This document shows, one piece after another, positions 38,885 to 48,727 of a stretch of DNA of 64,000 nucleotides. Under the pieces are notes generated by a model. The model was not told the origin of the DNA. It searched no databases and worked only from the letters and a program-made list of their open reading frames with translations. The DNA is taken from contig JAYVPI010000016.1 of the NCBI GenBank assembly GCA_043757405.1, positions 15,623-79,622 of the forward strand. Direction: 5' to 3'. The number at the start of each line of letters is the position of its first letter. Positions within the stretch are counted from its first letter, which is position 1. A program made the position numbers and the translations under genes. Source of the stretch: Alphaproteobacteria bacterium (GTDB taxonomy: Bacteria > Pseudomonadota > Alphaproteobacteria > Rickettsiales > 21-14-0-20-44-7).

Positions 38885-38913
38885 CTGGATCCCGTCATGC
38901 GACGGGATGACAA
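38885..38913. repeat. Family A half-element (right-arm type)
   Basis: CTGGATCCCGTCATGCGACGGGATGACAA parallels CCTGGATCCCCGCTACGCGAGGATGACAA at 8215-8242. Confidence 0.55.
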
Positions 38914-38919
38914 GGGGGG

Positions 38920-39516
38920 TTACCCTTTTATCAACTTCAAGAACTCGGAGCGGGTTTTTTCGTTTTTCTTGAAGGCTCCTAACATGGTGGAAGTTTGCAT
39001 GGTGACGTCGCGTTTGTGGACACCGCGAGTGGTCATGCATTGGTGGCTGGCTTCGACGATAACGCCGACGCCTTTTGGTTGCAGGACTTTGTTGATGGCC
39101 TGCGCGATTTCGGAGGTCATTTTTTCTTGGATTTGGAGGCGTTTGGCATAAACATCCACCACGCGAGCTAATTTTGAAATTCCGACAACTCGGTTATTAG
39201 GGATATAGCCGATATGGACGTGGCCGATAACTGGGAGCATATGATGCTCGCATTGTGACTCGAAAGGGATGGCTTTGAGCGTTATCATTTCGTCATAGCC
39301 GGCGGTTTCCTCAAAGGTGCGGGCGAGGATTTCTTCCGGGTCCTGGCCGTAGCCGCTGTAGAATTCCTCGAAGGATTTGACTACGCGTTCGGGAGTTTGC
39401 AGCAAGCCTTCGCGGTTTGGATCATCTCCCGCCCATTGGATAAGCGTGCGCACGGCGGCTTCGGCGGCTTCGCGGGTGATTTTTGATTTCTTGATGATGG
39501 GGGTTATTTTTTCCAT
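38920..39516 (-). CDS. folE: GTP cyclohydrolase I
   Basis: [20 protein letters not shown] and HQCMTTRG motifs. Confidence 0.95.
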   Translation of the reverse strand: MEKITPIIKKSKITREAAEAAVRTLIQWAGDDPNREGLLQTPERVVKSFEEFYSGYGQDPEEILARTFEETAGYDEMITLKAIPFESQCEHHMLPVIGHVHIGYIPNNRVVGISKLARVVDVYAKRLQIQEKMTSEIAQAINKVLQPKGVGVIVEASHQCMTTRGVHKRDVTMQTSTMLGAFKKNEKTRSEFLKLIKG

Positions 39517-39525
39517 AAGAGCTGA

Positions 39526-39584
39526 CAGGAATCAGGTATCAGGAATCAGAATTATCTGATACCTGATTTCTGACAACTGATACC
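39526..39584. repeat. Family B imperfect hairpin built from AATCAGG/TATCAGG heptamers
   Basis: CAGGAATCAGGTATCAGGAATCAGA ... TCTGATACCTGATTTCTGA. It fills the dps-stop to folE-start gap. Confidence 0.7.
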
Positions 39585-40033
39585 TATTTTGCCTGTGAGC
39601 GGAGCATCCATGCGTTTTTCTGGTGAACTTGAATGCGGCGGACGCCGAGATCTTCGGAGCCTTTATCCTCGTTGTCACCGGCGATGTCGATTAAGTCCTG
39701 CGCTGATTTTATCATTTCTTCCTGCGCGGCGATAAGTCCTTCAACAGTTGCCTTATGCTTGATTTTGGATTCCTTGTTGAAAACTTCCAGCGAAGTTTCC
39801 ACTTTCTCGCCCAAAGCGCGGATGCGTTCGGCAATTTCGTCGATGGCGGTGAACTGTTCGTTGTAGAACATTTCGGAAAGTTTGTGCAGGCCGTAGAAAT
39901 TTTCGCCTTCGACATTCCAGTGGAAGTTTTGGGTGAGAACTAATGTCGCGTATGAATCGGAGAGGAATTGGTGCAATTGGCGGGCGACGACGGGGACGTT
40001 TTTGATGACTTTGGCGGATTGGGATTGTGGCAT
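39584..40033 (-). CDS. dps: Dps-family DNA-protection/ferritin-like protein
   Basis: NFHWNVEGENFYGLH ferroxidase region. GGAGAG Shine-Dalgarno before the ATG at 40033. Confidence 0.85.
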   Translation of the reverse strand: MPQSQSAKVIKNVPVVARQLHQFLSDSYATLVLTQNFHWNVEGENFYGLHKLSEMFYNEQFTAIDEIAERIRALGEKVETSLEVFNKESKIKHKATVEGLIAAQEEMIKSAQDLIDIAGDNEDKGSEDLGVRRIQVHQKNAWMLRSQAK

Positions 40034-40114
40034 TTTTCTCTCCATATGAATTTCGGGCAATATAACAGGGTGTGTTTATAAATTCAATGCAAGCTTATAT
40101 ATATTGGTTTGTGC

Positions 40115-40142
40115 AAATGTGGAAATGTGGATTTCCACATTT
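40115..40142. repeat. Palindrome built from AAATGTGG octamers upstream of dps
   Basis: AAATGTGGAAATGTGGATTTCCACATTT, whose core GAAATGTGGA-T-TCCACATTTC is a perfect inverted repeat. Confidence 0.8.
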
Positions 40143-40193
40143 CATGAAATACTCATCGTTGAATTATATGAAGTTTTAGCGCAGCAGGGGGGA

Positions 40194-41534
40194 TTATTCA
40201 GGCTTTTTCTTCTCGAAAGGGTTGGCTTTTTTTGGCATGTTTATGCGCACCGGCACTCCCGGCAGGTTAAAGTTGCGGCGGAGGTCGTTGATTAGGTATT
40301 TTAGCCAGGAATCAGGCATGTTGTCGGGCTGGCTGCAGGAGAGCATGAAGGTCGGCGGGCGGGTTTTGGTTTGGGTGAGGTAACGAATCTTGATGCGGCG
40401 GCCTTTGGAGATTGGCGGCGGATGATGGGAGAGGACGTATTTGATCCATTCGTTGAGTTTGTTGGTGGGGATGCGCGTGTTCCAGATGTCATAGGTGGTG
40501 AGGGCCTGGTCGAGTAATGGGTTTACGTTCTTGTCGTTAAGTGCGGAGATTTTGACGATTGGGACGCCGGTGATGTCGCCTAATTGTTTGCGGACTAGAT
40601 AATCCAGTTCTTCGGCGAAGGCTTTTTTGTCCTTCACCAAATCCCATTTATTGACGACGATAATTATGGCGCGGCCTTCGTCGATAACATGTCCGGCGAG
40701 GCGCAAGTCTTGGCGCTCTAAAGCTTCAGTTGCGTCCATTACCAGCATTACGATTTGGGCGTATTTAATAGCGTTGAGGGAATCTTTGACGGAGACGGTT
40801 TCCAGTTTTTCGGTGATATGGGATTTTTTGCGCATTCCGGCGGTGTCGACTAAGCGAAGTGCGTGGCCATTATATTCCCAGTCGATGTGAATTGAATCGC
40901 GGGTTGTCCCTGCAACTTCGTTGGTAATGACGCGGTCTTGGCCAATCATTTTATTGATGATGGTGGATTTTCCGGCATTGGGGCGGCCGATGATGGCAAT
41001 TTGGATGGGGGGAAGGGCTGATTGCCGATTGCCGATTGCCGATTGTTGGTTGGTGCTGAATTCATCAATTTTCATGTAGAGGTCGACCATGCCCAGGTTG
41101 TGCTCGGCGGAAATGGCGATTGGTTCGCCGAAGCCGAGTTTGAAAAGGTCGGCGACGGTTGCGGATTTTTTTTCGCATTTATTGGCGGTGAGGATTGTGG
41201 GTTTGTTTTGCTTGCGCAGCCAGCGGATGAAATATTGGTCATTGGGGGTGATGCCGGAATCGGCGTCGACTACGAATAATAATATATCGGCCTGTTCGGC
41301 GGCGGCTTCGGTGGATTTTAGCATTGAGGCCTGGAGTTTGCGGCCTTCGGCTTTTTCCAATCCGGCGGTGTCGATGATGCGGTATTGTTCTTCCATAATG
41401 GTCGTGACTTCATCGCGCCAGTCACGGGTGGTTCCGGCGGCGTCATCGGTGATGGCTTTCTTTTTGCCGATTAGCCGGTTGAACAGCGTCGACTTGCCGA
41501 CATTCGGACGGCCGATGATGGCGATGGTTTTCAT
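40194..41534 (-). CDS. der: Ribosome-biogenesis GTPase Der (EngA)
   Basis: Two G domains (GRPNVGKST, GRPNAGKST) plus a KH-like C-terminus. Start trimmed to MKTIAIIG. Confidence 0.95.
   Translation of the reverse strand: MKTIAIIGRPNVGKSTLFNRLIGKKKAITDDAAGTTRDWRDEVTTIMEEQYRIIDTAGLEKAEGRKLQASMLKSTEAAAEQADILLFVVDADSGITPNDQYFIRWLRKQNKPTILTANKCEKKSATVADLFKLGFGEPIAISAEHNLGMVDLYMKIDEFSTNQQSAIGNRQSALPPIQIAIIGRPNAGKSTIINKMIGQDRVITNEVAGTTRDSIHIDWEYNGHALRLVDTAGMRKKSHITEKLETVSVKDSLNAIKYAQIVMLVMDATEALERQDLRLAGHVIDEGRAIIIVVNKWDLVKDKKAFAEELDYLVRKQLGDITGVPIVKISALNDKNVNPLLDQALTTYDIWNTRIPTNKLNEWIKYVLSHHPPPISKGRRIKIRYLTQTKTRPPTFMLSCSQPDNMPDSWLKYLINDLRRNFNLPGVPVRINMPKKANPFEKKKPE
41018..41045 (-). repeat. (CAATCGG)x~4 heptamer array, in-frame inside der
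   Basis: The plus strand reads CTGATTG CCGATTG CCGATTG CCGATTG. It encodes QQSAIGNRQSA in the linker between the two G domains. Confidence 0.95.
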
Positions 41535-41537
41535 GAA

Positions 41538-41617
41538 AGTTGCATAGTTGCGTAGTTGCGTGGTTGCATGGTTATAATGAAAACTACGCAACTACGCAAC
41601 TATGCAACCACTCAACC
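41538..41617. repeat. Family B hairpin built from AGTTGCRT octamers, loop ATAATGAAA (same family as 6265-6343)
   Basis: Arms 41538-41573 and 41583-41617. It starts 4 nt from the der ATG. Confidence 0.85.
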
Positions 41618-41622
41618 AAAAA

Positions 41623-42921
41623 TTACTTAACCTGCACCAGCTCGGCTTCGCGGGTGAGCATGTAGAGTTTGCCGTTGGCGATGGCTGGGGCGCTGTAAAT
41701 TTCTTTGGGAATTTTTAGGTTTTGCATGTTGCGGCCATCTGCTGGATCATATTGCAAAAGTTTGCCCTGGGCGCTGATGAGAAGCAATTTGCCGCCAGCC
41801 ATGACTGGGCCGGAATAGAAATTGTGTTTCCCCTTCTTCTTGGATTGCGGAAGGCCGCTGACCCATTTTACACGACCGTCGAAACGGTTGAGGGCCATTA
41901 GCTGATTACCTTGGGAAATGGCGAAGATATATTTTCCGGCCACCCATGGTGTTGAGGTGACGCTGCCGATTTTCTGGCGCCAAATTATAGTGCCGTTGGT
42001 GGCGTTGAAGGCGGTGAGATCGCCACTATTGCTACTGATATATACTAACCCATCGGCAATTACCGGCGAGGCGCTGACATCATTCAAGGCAGAGGAGGCG
42101 TTTTGCAGATCGGTACTGGTGGAAACTAATTCGGTCCATAATTCGTTGCCGCGCGGGGCGTTGATACCGAAAACTTCGCCGGATGAATAGGCGGCGATTA
42201 CGATGTCGCCTTTGACGGCAAGGCTTGTACTGCCATAAAAGCTGGTGGTTTCGCGGACGCCGGAATGACGCCACAATGTTGCGCCATCAATGACCGAGAG
42301 GGCGAAAAGCTGGTTGTCGATTGTGGCGGCGAATACTTTATCATTGGCGACGATTGGGGCGCGGCGTAACGGGGCTCCGAGGTTCTTTTTCCAGATTAAT
42401 GCACCATCGGTTTCGGAAACGGCGACAACTTCGCCATAGCCGGTGGCGGCGTACAGCACGCCATATGCAGAAGTGATTCCGCCGCCAGGAAGGTCACGGT
42501 CTTTTTTGGAAGCGGTGGATTTTTTTTGCCATTTTTGTTTCAAAGTTTCGGCGTCATAGGCGGAAATATTGCTGTGGCCGTCGATGACGAAAACTGTGTT
42601 GCCGTCAACGGATGGGGCGAAGGCCAGGAAGAATTCATTCTCCGGTTCATCACCGGCGCTGACTGATTGTACCGCGTTCAAATCTCCCGAAAGAGTGACG
42701 TTGCCGGTATTCGCGTTGGTTGGCGTGGCAGTTGTGGCTTGTGGGATATCGACAGTTTCGGCCTGCATTCCCGGTTCTGCAGCAATTTTCGGTGCATCTT
42801 CCATCACGGCATAGCGATCGCCGGGTAGTTTTGGTTTTTCACCGGAGCCGAGCCAGCTGGGGAGGCTGCTGCATGAGCTGAGCAACAGCAATGCGCAGAT
42901 TAAAAAATTATTCTTCTTCAT
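41623..42921 (-). CDS. bamB: Outer-membrane protein assembly factor BamB
   Basis: Lipobox LLLSSC, PQQ-like beta-propeller repeats, conserved position between the yfgM-like gene and der. Confidence 0.85.
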   Translation of the reverse strand: MKKNNFLICALLLLSSCSSLPSWLGSGEKPKLPGDRYAVMEDAPKIAAEPGMQAETVDIPQATTATPTNANTGNVTLSGDLNAVQSVSAGDEPENEFFLAFAPSVDGNTVFVIDGHSNISAYDAETLKQKWQKKSTASKKDRDLPGGGITSAYGVLYAATGYGEVVAVSETDGALIWKKNLGAPLRRAPIVANDKVFAATIDNQLFALSVIDGATLWRHSGVRETTSFYGSTSLAVKGDIVIAAYSSGEVFGINAPRGNELWTELVSTSTDLQNASSALNDVSASPVIADGLVYISSNSGDLTAFNATNGTIIWRQKIGSVTSTPWVAGKYIFAISQGNQLMALNRFDGRVKWVSGLPQSKKKGKHNFYSGPVMAGGKLLLISAQGKLLQYDPADGRNMQNLKIPKEIYSAPAIANGKLYMLTREAELVQVK

Positions 42922-43594
42922 TTTCCGGTGTTTTTTCGTTGCCTGTTGCGGCTTCTGCAGATAATTCTATTGATAATTCCCTGGCACGTTTTGAGATGCT
43001 TACCGGCACGGATGGATCTTTGCTGAGCTGGGCTAGAATTTCTGCGGCTTTTGGTTTGTTGTTATTGGCGAGGTAAAATGCGGCCAATAATTCCCGCGCG
43101 CTGTATTTAAAGCTGTTGTCATCACCGGTTAGTGCGGTCAGGCGTTTTTCTAAACCATCTGCATGTGGGTTGGTGTTCAAGAAGATGTTCGCGGCATTTA
43201 TTGATGCCAGGTCGCGCAGGGCTTTGTCACTGCCGTTTTTGGCGACGGCGTCATAACTGGTAATGGCGGCAGTGAAATCGTTTTTATTCACTTGCAGTTG
43301 TGCTTTGTTGAGCAGGGAAATTTCGTAATATCCTGAACTTTGAGCAGTGGCATCAAGTTTTTTGAGAGAGAATTCATCTTGTTTGTTGGCATTGGTCATC
43401 ACGGCGTAAATTGCGCTACCGGCTTTGCTGGCTTCCTGGCGGTGATGCTGCTGCCAAAATTGGAAAACGGCGATGGCGATGAATAGGGTAATACCGGCTG
43501 CTACCAATAGCTTGCCGTATTTATTGACGAATCGCACCATGTTTTCACGGCTGATTTCGTCCTGGATTTCGAGGAGTAGCGGATCGTTTTTCAT
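42908..43594 (-). CDS. YfgM-like TPR membrane protein
   Basis: Single N-terminal TM (LLVAAGITLFIAIAVF) and a TPR-like periplasmic part. Overlaps bamB. Confidence 0.7.
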   Translation of the reverse strand: MKNDPLLLEIQDEISRENMVRFVNKYGKLLVAAGITLFIAIAVFQFWQQHHRQEASKAGSAIYAVMTNANKQDEFSLKKLDATAQSSGYYEISLLNKAQLQVNKNDFTAAITSYDAVAKNGSDKALRDLASINAANIFLNTNPHADGLEKRLTALTGDDNSFKYSARELLAAFYLANNNKPKAAEILAQLSKDPSVPVSISKRARELSIELSAEAATGNEKTPENEEE

Positions 43595-43629
43595 GGAGGT
43601 AATTTAGAGAGATAATTTAAGCCGTCAAT

Positions 43630-43718
43630 GTCATTCTCGGGCTTGACCCGAGAATCCAGTTTTGTGAAACAGTATCGTCTGCGAAATCCTGAATCCTCGG
43701 GTCAAGCCTGAGGATGAC
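43630..43718. repeat. Family A nested-palindrome element
   Basis: GTCATTCTCGGGCTTGACCCGAGAATCC ... GAATCCTCGGGTCAAGCCTGAGGATGAC. Confidence 0.85.
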
Positions 43719-43728
43719 GTGGTGGGTT

Positions 43729-45294
43729 TTATTCCCACTCAATCGTTCCCGGCGGTTTGCTGGTGATATCATAAACCATGCGGTTGATGCCGCGGACTTC
43801 GTTGATTATGCGGTTGCCGGTGCGGCCCAAAAATTCGTGGTCGAACTGGTAGAAGTCGGCGGTCATGCCATCTGTCGAAGTTACGGCGCGGAGGGCGCAG
43901 ACATATTCATAGGTGCGGGCGTCGCCCATTACGCCGACGCTTTTTACGGGGAGCAGAACTGCGAAAGCTTGCCAGATTTTGTCGTAGAGGCCGGCTTTTT
44001 TGATTTCACTTATATATATGTCGTCAGCTTCCTGGAGGATTTTGACTTTTTCTTTGGTGATTTCACCAGGAATACGAATGGCGAGGCCTGGGCCTGGGAA
44101 GGGGTGGCGTTTTAGGAGTTCGTCAGACATGCCGAGGGCTTTGCCCAAGCTCCGGACTTCGTCTTTGAAAAGTTCACGGACGGGTTCGACCAGTTTCAAT
44201 TTCATCGTTGCAGGGAGGCCGCCGACATTATGGTGGGATTTTATTGTGGAGGTTTCGGCGCCGCTGAATGAGATTGATTCGATGACGTCGGGATATAAGG
44301 TTCCTTGCGCGAGATAGTCGAATTTTCCAATTTTGTTTGATTCTTCGACGAAGACGTCGATGAAAGCTTTTCCGATGATTTTGCGTTTGGTTTCCGGGTC
44401 GCTGACGCCTTTTAACAGCCCCAAGAATTTTTCTGATGCATCAATGGCTAATAATGGGATGTTATAGTTGCGCTTGAACATTTCCTCGACGAGTTTGCAT
44501 TCGTTTTTGCGGAGCAAACCGGTATCGACGAAAATGCATTGAAGTTGTTCGCCGATTGCCTCAAAGAGGAGTTTGGCGACTACGGAGGAATCGACGCCAC
44601 CGGAAACGGCGCAGAGAACTTTTTTGTCGCCGACTTGGGCGCGGATTTTTTCGATTGCGGATTCGCGGAAGGCTTTCATGTTCCAATCGGATTTTATTCC
44701 GGCGATTTTGTTTACGAAGTTGGCAAGAAGGCGTCCGCCGTCAGGAGTATGTGTAACTTCCGGGTGGAATTGGACGCCGTAAATGCGTTTTTCTTCATTG
44801 GCGATGGCGGCAAACGGGGCGGAGGGCGTGCTGGCAATTACTTTAAAACCGTTTGGAAGTTTCGTAACGTGGTCGCCATGGCTCATCCAGACTTCATTTT
44901 TGCTGGTTTTTTTCCATAATCCGTCAAAAAGTAGTGAGTTTTCAATGACTTCGACGAAAGCGCGGCCAAATTCACGCTCAGGGGCTTTTTCCACTTTGCC
45001 GCCGAGGAGGCTGCAGGTTAATTGCTGGCCATAACAAATACCCAAAATTGGCAGGCCGAGGTCAAAAATAGACTTATCTATGGTAGGTGATTGGGCGATT
45101 GTGAGCGAGGCGGGGCCGCCTGACAATATAATCGCTTTGGGGGCAAAGTTTTTGATTTCGGCAAGCGGCATATAATATGGGTGAATCTCAGCGAAAACCC
45201 CGGATTCCCTGACTCTGCGGGCGATTAATTGCGTGACCTGACTGCCAAAATCGAGGATGAGAACTTTGTTTTGTGAATTATTTTCCATGTGCAT
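43729..45294 (-). CDS. guaA: GMP synthase (glutamine-hydrolysing)
   Basis: GATase domain (ILGICYGQQ), PP-loop SGGVDSSV, C-terminal PPGTIEWE. Start is either M1 or M3. Confidence 0.95.
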   Translation of the reverse strand: MHMENNSQNKVLILDFGSQVTQLIARRVRESGVFAEIHPYYMPLAEIKNFAPKAIILSGGPASLTIAQSPTIDKSIFDLGLPILGICYGQQLTCSLLGGKVEKAPEREFGRAFVEVIENSLLFDGLWKKTSKNEVWMSHGDHVTKLPNGFKVIASTPSAPFAAIANEEKRIYGVQFHPEVTHTPDGGRLLANFVNKIAGIKSDWNMKAFRESAIEKIRAQVGDKKVLCAVSGGVDSSVVAKLLFEAIGEQLQCIFVDTGLLRKNECKLVEEMFKRNYNIPLLAIDASEKFLGLLKGVSDPETKRKIIGKAFIDVFVEESNKIGKFDYLAQGTLYPDVIESISFSGAETSTIKSHHNVGGLPATMKLKLVEPVRELFKDEVRSLGKALGMSDELLKRHPFPGPGLAIRIPGEITKEKVKILQEADDIYISEIKKAGLYDKIWQAFAVLLPVKSVGVMGDARTYEYVCALRAVTSTDGMTADFYQFDHEFLGRTGNRIINEVRGINRMVYDITSKPPGTIEWE

Positions 45295-45527
45295 GAGCTA
45301 TTACATTAATTACACATGCGATTCAATAGTTGCCTGAAATAAAATTTTAATGCAATTTTGTTTGACTTGGCCTTAAATATCATTTAGCAGGAGCAGGCTA
45401 GGTGTTAAAAAGCCTCGGTTTAAGGTGTTTGTTTAAGAAAATAAATTAATTACTTTAAATTGTAATAAAGTTGTGTTAATAATTTTCGACGACAACGTTA
45501 TTAAGCCAAACTGAAAATGGGAATTCT

Positions 45528-46631
45528 ATGAAGTTGATAATAATTGTAATCGCCCTGGTAATCGCTCTGATGGTTGCCTTTGGTGTGAGCTCATTTGTTA
45601 ATGGCAAAAAAACTGAGCCACAAGTACAAGTATTGTCTTCAGCTCCGACTGTGTCTGCCAACGCGCCGAAACCACAGCGCACAGAAGTTTATGTTGCCGC
45701 GCGTGATTTGCCGATCGGCACTGTGCTCGCGCCAAACGATTTCACTTCACTGTCACTCAATTCACAATTGCTGCCACCGGGCGCGATTGTATATGGTGGT
45801 AAAGATACTCCGACGATTGAAGGTATGATTACCCGTACTTCGATCCAAAAAGATAAACCGCTGCTTTCCAGCCAATTAAGAAACCCGAATGACCCAACAT
45901 ATATTGCTGGTCAGCTTGGCGAGGGAATGCGCGCGATTACGGTTCCTGTTAATCTGACTTCATCTGTTGCGGGTTTTATCGCACCTGGTGACAAAGTGGA
46001 TGTTTTATTCACATTTGAATTAATCAAAAGTGCGGTTCAGGGTGGTGATGTGACCGGAACTAAGAGTAATAGTCCTGATCGTAACCTTGCTTTTACTGAA
46101 ATACTTTTGCCTAATGTGCGCGTTCTGGCGGTTGATACCCGTGTTTCGGCAGAGCCGACTCCGCAACAAGCAAAAGATAACCAGCCGCCGCCGATTCCTA
46201 CCAGCGTGACGGTTGAAGTTAACCAGCGCGATGCGCAAAAATTGAAACTGGCGCAAAAAACCGGTGAGCTTTCAATGGTGTTGCGCTCGGTAAAAGATAG
46301 GGATAGTTATGAATTAGTGCGTCCAACAGCAGAGCAAGATTTGACAAGAATCCTGCCGCCGGCATATTTCCCGGTATTATATGATAGTGACGCGACTTAT
46401 GATTTTGGCGTAGTTGATCTTTATGGTTCAACTTTGAACGAAGCAAGCCGCAGAAATGCAGGCGTGATTACGATCGACGCTAAAACCGGCAAAATGAGCA
46501 AGAAAGGCGGCGAAACTGCGATGCCGGATACTGGAAAAAAAGTGGATGATGGCGCGGCTAAAAACCCCCAGATGTCAGTTAATGTATATCGCGGCATACA
46601 GTTAGAGAAAGTGGAGGTTAACAAGCCATGA
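45528..46631 (+). CDS. cpaB: Flp/Tad pilus assembly protein CpaB (with long C-terminal extension)
   Basis: N-terminal TM, a SAF-like region (VYVAARDLPIGTVL), and first position in the cpa operon. Confidence 0.8.
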   Translation: MKLIIIVIALVIALMVAFGVSSFVNGKKTEPQVQVLSSAPTVSANAPKPQRTEVYVAARDLPIGTVLAPNDFTSLSLNSQLLPPGAIVYGGKDTPTIEGMITRTSIQKDKPLLSSQLRNPNDPTYIAGQLGEGMRAITVPVNLTSSVAGFIAPGDKVDVLFTFELIKSAVQGGDVTGTKSNSPDRNLAFTEILLPNVRVLAVDTRVSAEPTPQQAKDNQPPPIPTSVTVEVNQRDAQKLKLAQKTGELSMVLRSVKDRDSYELVRPTAEQDLTRILPPAYFPVLYDSDATYDFGVVDLYGSTLNEASRRNAGVITIDAKTGKMSKKGGETAMPDTGKKVDDGAAKNPQMSVNVYRGIQLEKVEVNKP

Positions 46632-48076
46632 GTGGGTTGAAAAGTAAGTTTTTATTGGTTTTATTGCCAGTATTGTTGTTCGGGATTTATACCGACGCGC
46701 AAGCAGCACGAGTGGTCCTCGATGTGGGATTGAACCGCGCCGAGCTTGTCAATTTGAACAAGCCTATGGCGGAAGTCATGATTGCCAATCCGGAAATCGC
46801 GGATGTGGTAGTGCATGGCAGCCAGAAAATTTCCGTAATCGGCAAGAAAATCGGCAGCACTAACCTGCGTTTCTTTGATGATAAAGCTAATTTGATCAAT
46901 GAGATAGATATCGTGGTGGGTTATGATCTTCCCGCCATCCGGCGCTCGCTCAAACGCTTCTTCCCGACGCAAAATGTCGGCCTGGAAACTATTAATAACA
47001 GCTTGGCAGTTTCAGGCGTTGTCCCTGACGCACAAACCGCAAACCGCATTATGCAAGTGGTTTATGAATTCGTGAAAGAAAGCCGCAAAGATGACGCTGC
47101 AAGCAGCTCACAAAGCTACGTTACCCAGGATAACCGCTTCCCAGGCATCGTAAACCTCCTGACGCTCAACAGCGGCCAGCAGGTGATGCTGAAGGTGCGT
47201 ATTGGTGAAGTTAAAAGAACGGCATTGAAAAGCCTTGGCATTAACTTAGAGAATGTTAACGGCACAGCTAACTCGCTATTCCAATTTGGAACTGGTGCCG
47301 GTACGGCGTTGCTGGATGCATCCGGAGCTGTCGGTACGGGACTTTTCGGTGGTTTTAAGGGGCCCCAAACCAATCCATTTATTCAAGGTATCGGCCTTGT
47401 GAAAAGGGGTGATTTCGGTGTTGCTGGTATGATTGAAGCGCTGCAAAAGGACGGGTTGTTTAAAGTAATTGCGGAGCCGAATCTGACAACGGTTTCCGGT
47501 GAAACCGCAAACTTCTTGGCGGGTGGCGAATTCCCGATTGTTACAACTACTGCAAATACTACCACTACGCAGTTCAAGCAATTCGGTGTTTCGCTCGCAT
47601 TCACTCCCTATGTTCTTTCAAACAATCGTATCCGTTTGACTGTGGCTCCTGAATTATCGGAAATTGATATTTCACGGGTGGCTACTACAAATGGCACGCC
47701 ATCGGTAACTACGCGCCGCGCTAAAACTACAGTGGAATTAGCACCAGGCGAGGCATTTATGGTTGCAGGATTGATCCGCGACCGTATAAACTCACAAATC
47801 TCATCTGTGCCGGGGCTGGCTGAAATTCCGATCATTAGTGCTCTGATGCGCAGTACTGCATATGAGCGTGAGGAATCTGAGCTAGTTATTGCGGTTACTC
47901 CTTATATCGTTGACCCAGTCGTCAATAGCGATGTCAGGATGCCGACTGATGAATTCCGCACGCCATCGGTTATGGAAATGTTCTTCTACGGAGCTCTTGG
48001 TTCAATGTCAGGCAACGCCGACAAAATTGGCCAGACTCCAGTCTTGGAAGGACCAATTGGGTTTATGACGGATTAG
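46628..48076 (+). CDS. cpaC: Tad pilus secretin CpaC/RcpA
   Basis: Signal peptide. Secretin core GGEFPIV ... VPGLAEIPIISALMRS. Confidence 0.9.
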   Translation: MSGLKSKFLLVLLPVLLFGIYTDAQAARVVLDVGLNRAELVNLNKPMAEVMIANPEIADVVVHGSQKISVIGKKIGSTNLRFFDDKANLINEIDIVVGYDLPAIRRSLKRFFPTQNVGLETINNSLAVSGVVPDAQTANRIMQVVYEFVKESRKDDAASSSQSYVTQDNRFPGIVNLLTLNSGQQVMLKVRIGEVKRTALKSLGINLENVNGTANSLFQFGTGAGTALLDASGAVGTGLFGGFKGPQTNPFIQGIGLVKRGDFGVAGMIEALQKDGLFKVIAEPNLTTVSGETANFLAGGEFPIVTTTANTTTTQFKQFGVSLAFTPYVLSNNRIRLTVAPELSEIDISRVATTNGTPSVTTRRAKTTVELAPGEAFMVAGLIRDRINSQISSVPGLAEIPIISALMRSTAYEREESELVIAVTPYIVDPVVNSDVRMPTDEFRTPSVMEMFFYGALGSMSGNADKIGQTPVLEGPIGFMTD

Positions 48077-48080
48077 GTAT

Positions 48081-48650
48081 ATGATGAAAAAAATATTATT
48101 GACGGCCTTAACTATTTCAAGCCTTGCTGCCTGCAGCCAGATTCCGAAACAGGCTTATTATAACCGTGGTCAGCCGGAATCACTGCTCAGTGTGACTTCG
48201 GAAGAAACGACTATCGACCTGCGCCAGCGCAATGGTTTGCAACAATTGACCCAAGCGGTTAATAAACACGCGCCGAGCAATGCTGAACTCAGCTGCTCGA
48301 ACCAAATGCTTTGCACACGCGCGGTGGAAATCCTTAACCAATACAAAGTGCCATATCATCAAACAACTGGCGCTTATAACACCGTTACCCTTAACTATAA
48401 AACGGTTGAAGCCAAGGATTGCGAAAATCGCTACATCGACAACCATATTAATCCCTATAACCTGAACCACCCAACTTTTGGCTGCTCTATCGCCATTAAC
48501 CAAGTGCAAATGGTAAGCGATAAACGCCAGTTTGTTGACCCTGTATTATTAGGAAGTTACGATGGCGAGAAAGCCACACAAAACTACGATACTTACCTGT
48601 CCAGGCAAACTATTCCTCTTGAAAAGGTTAGTGCAAGCGGCGGACAATAG
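48081..48650 (+). CDS. Pilus-locus lipoprotein, CpaD-like by position
   Basis: Lipobox SSLAAC. It occupies the cpaD slot between the secretin and cpaE. Several Cys. Confidence 0.5.
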   Translation: MMKKILLTALTISSLAACSQIPKQAYYNRGQPESLLSVTSEETTIDLRQRNGLQQLTQAVNKHAPSNAELSCSNQMLCTRAVEILNQYKVPYHQTTGAYNTVTLNYKTVEAKDCENRYIDNHINPYNLNHPTFGCSIAINQVQMVSDKRQFVDPVLLGSYDGEKATQNYDTYLSRQTIPLEKVSASGGQ

Positions 48651-48727
48651 TTCGTAATAGTTTCTTAATCAGTTTTTGTTATAAACTGAAAGCTACCATA
48701 AGGTAAGCTAAACCTATAGTTGTGACT

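Noticed and set aside
45295-45527. Possible replication origin at the strand switch: most genes to the left are on the minus strand and genes to the right on the plus strand, with an AT-rich 233-bp gap
   Set aside because: I found no cluster of DnaA-box-like 9-mers and no origin-linked genes (dnaA, hemE, parAB) nearby. Several long plus-strand genes also occur to the left. GC skew could not be computed here. A cumulative skew plot on the full genome would settle it.
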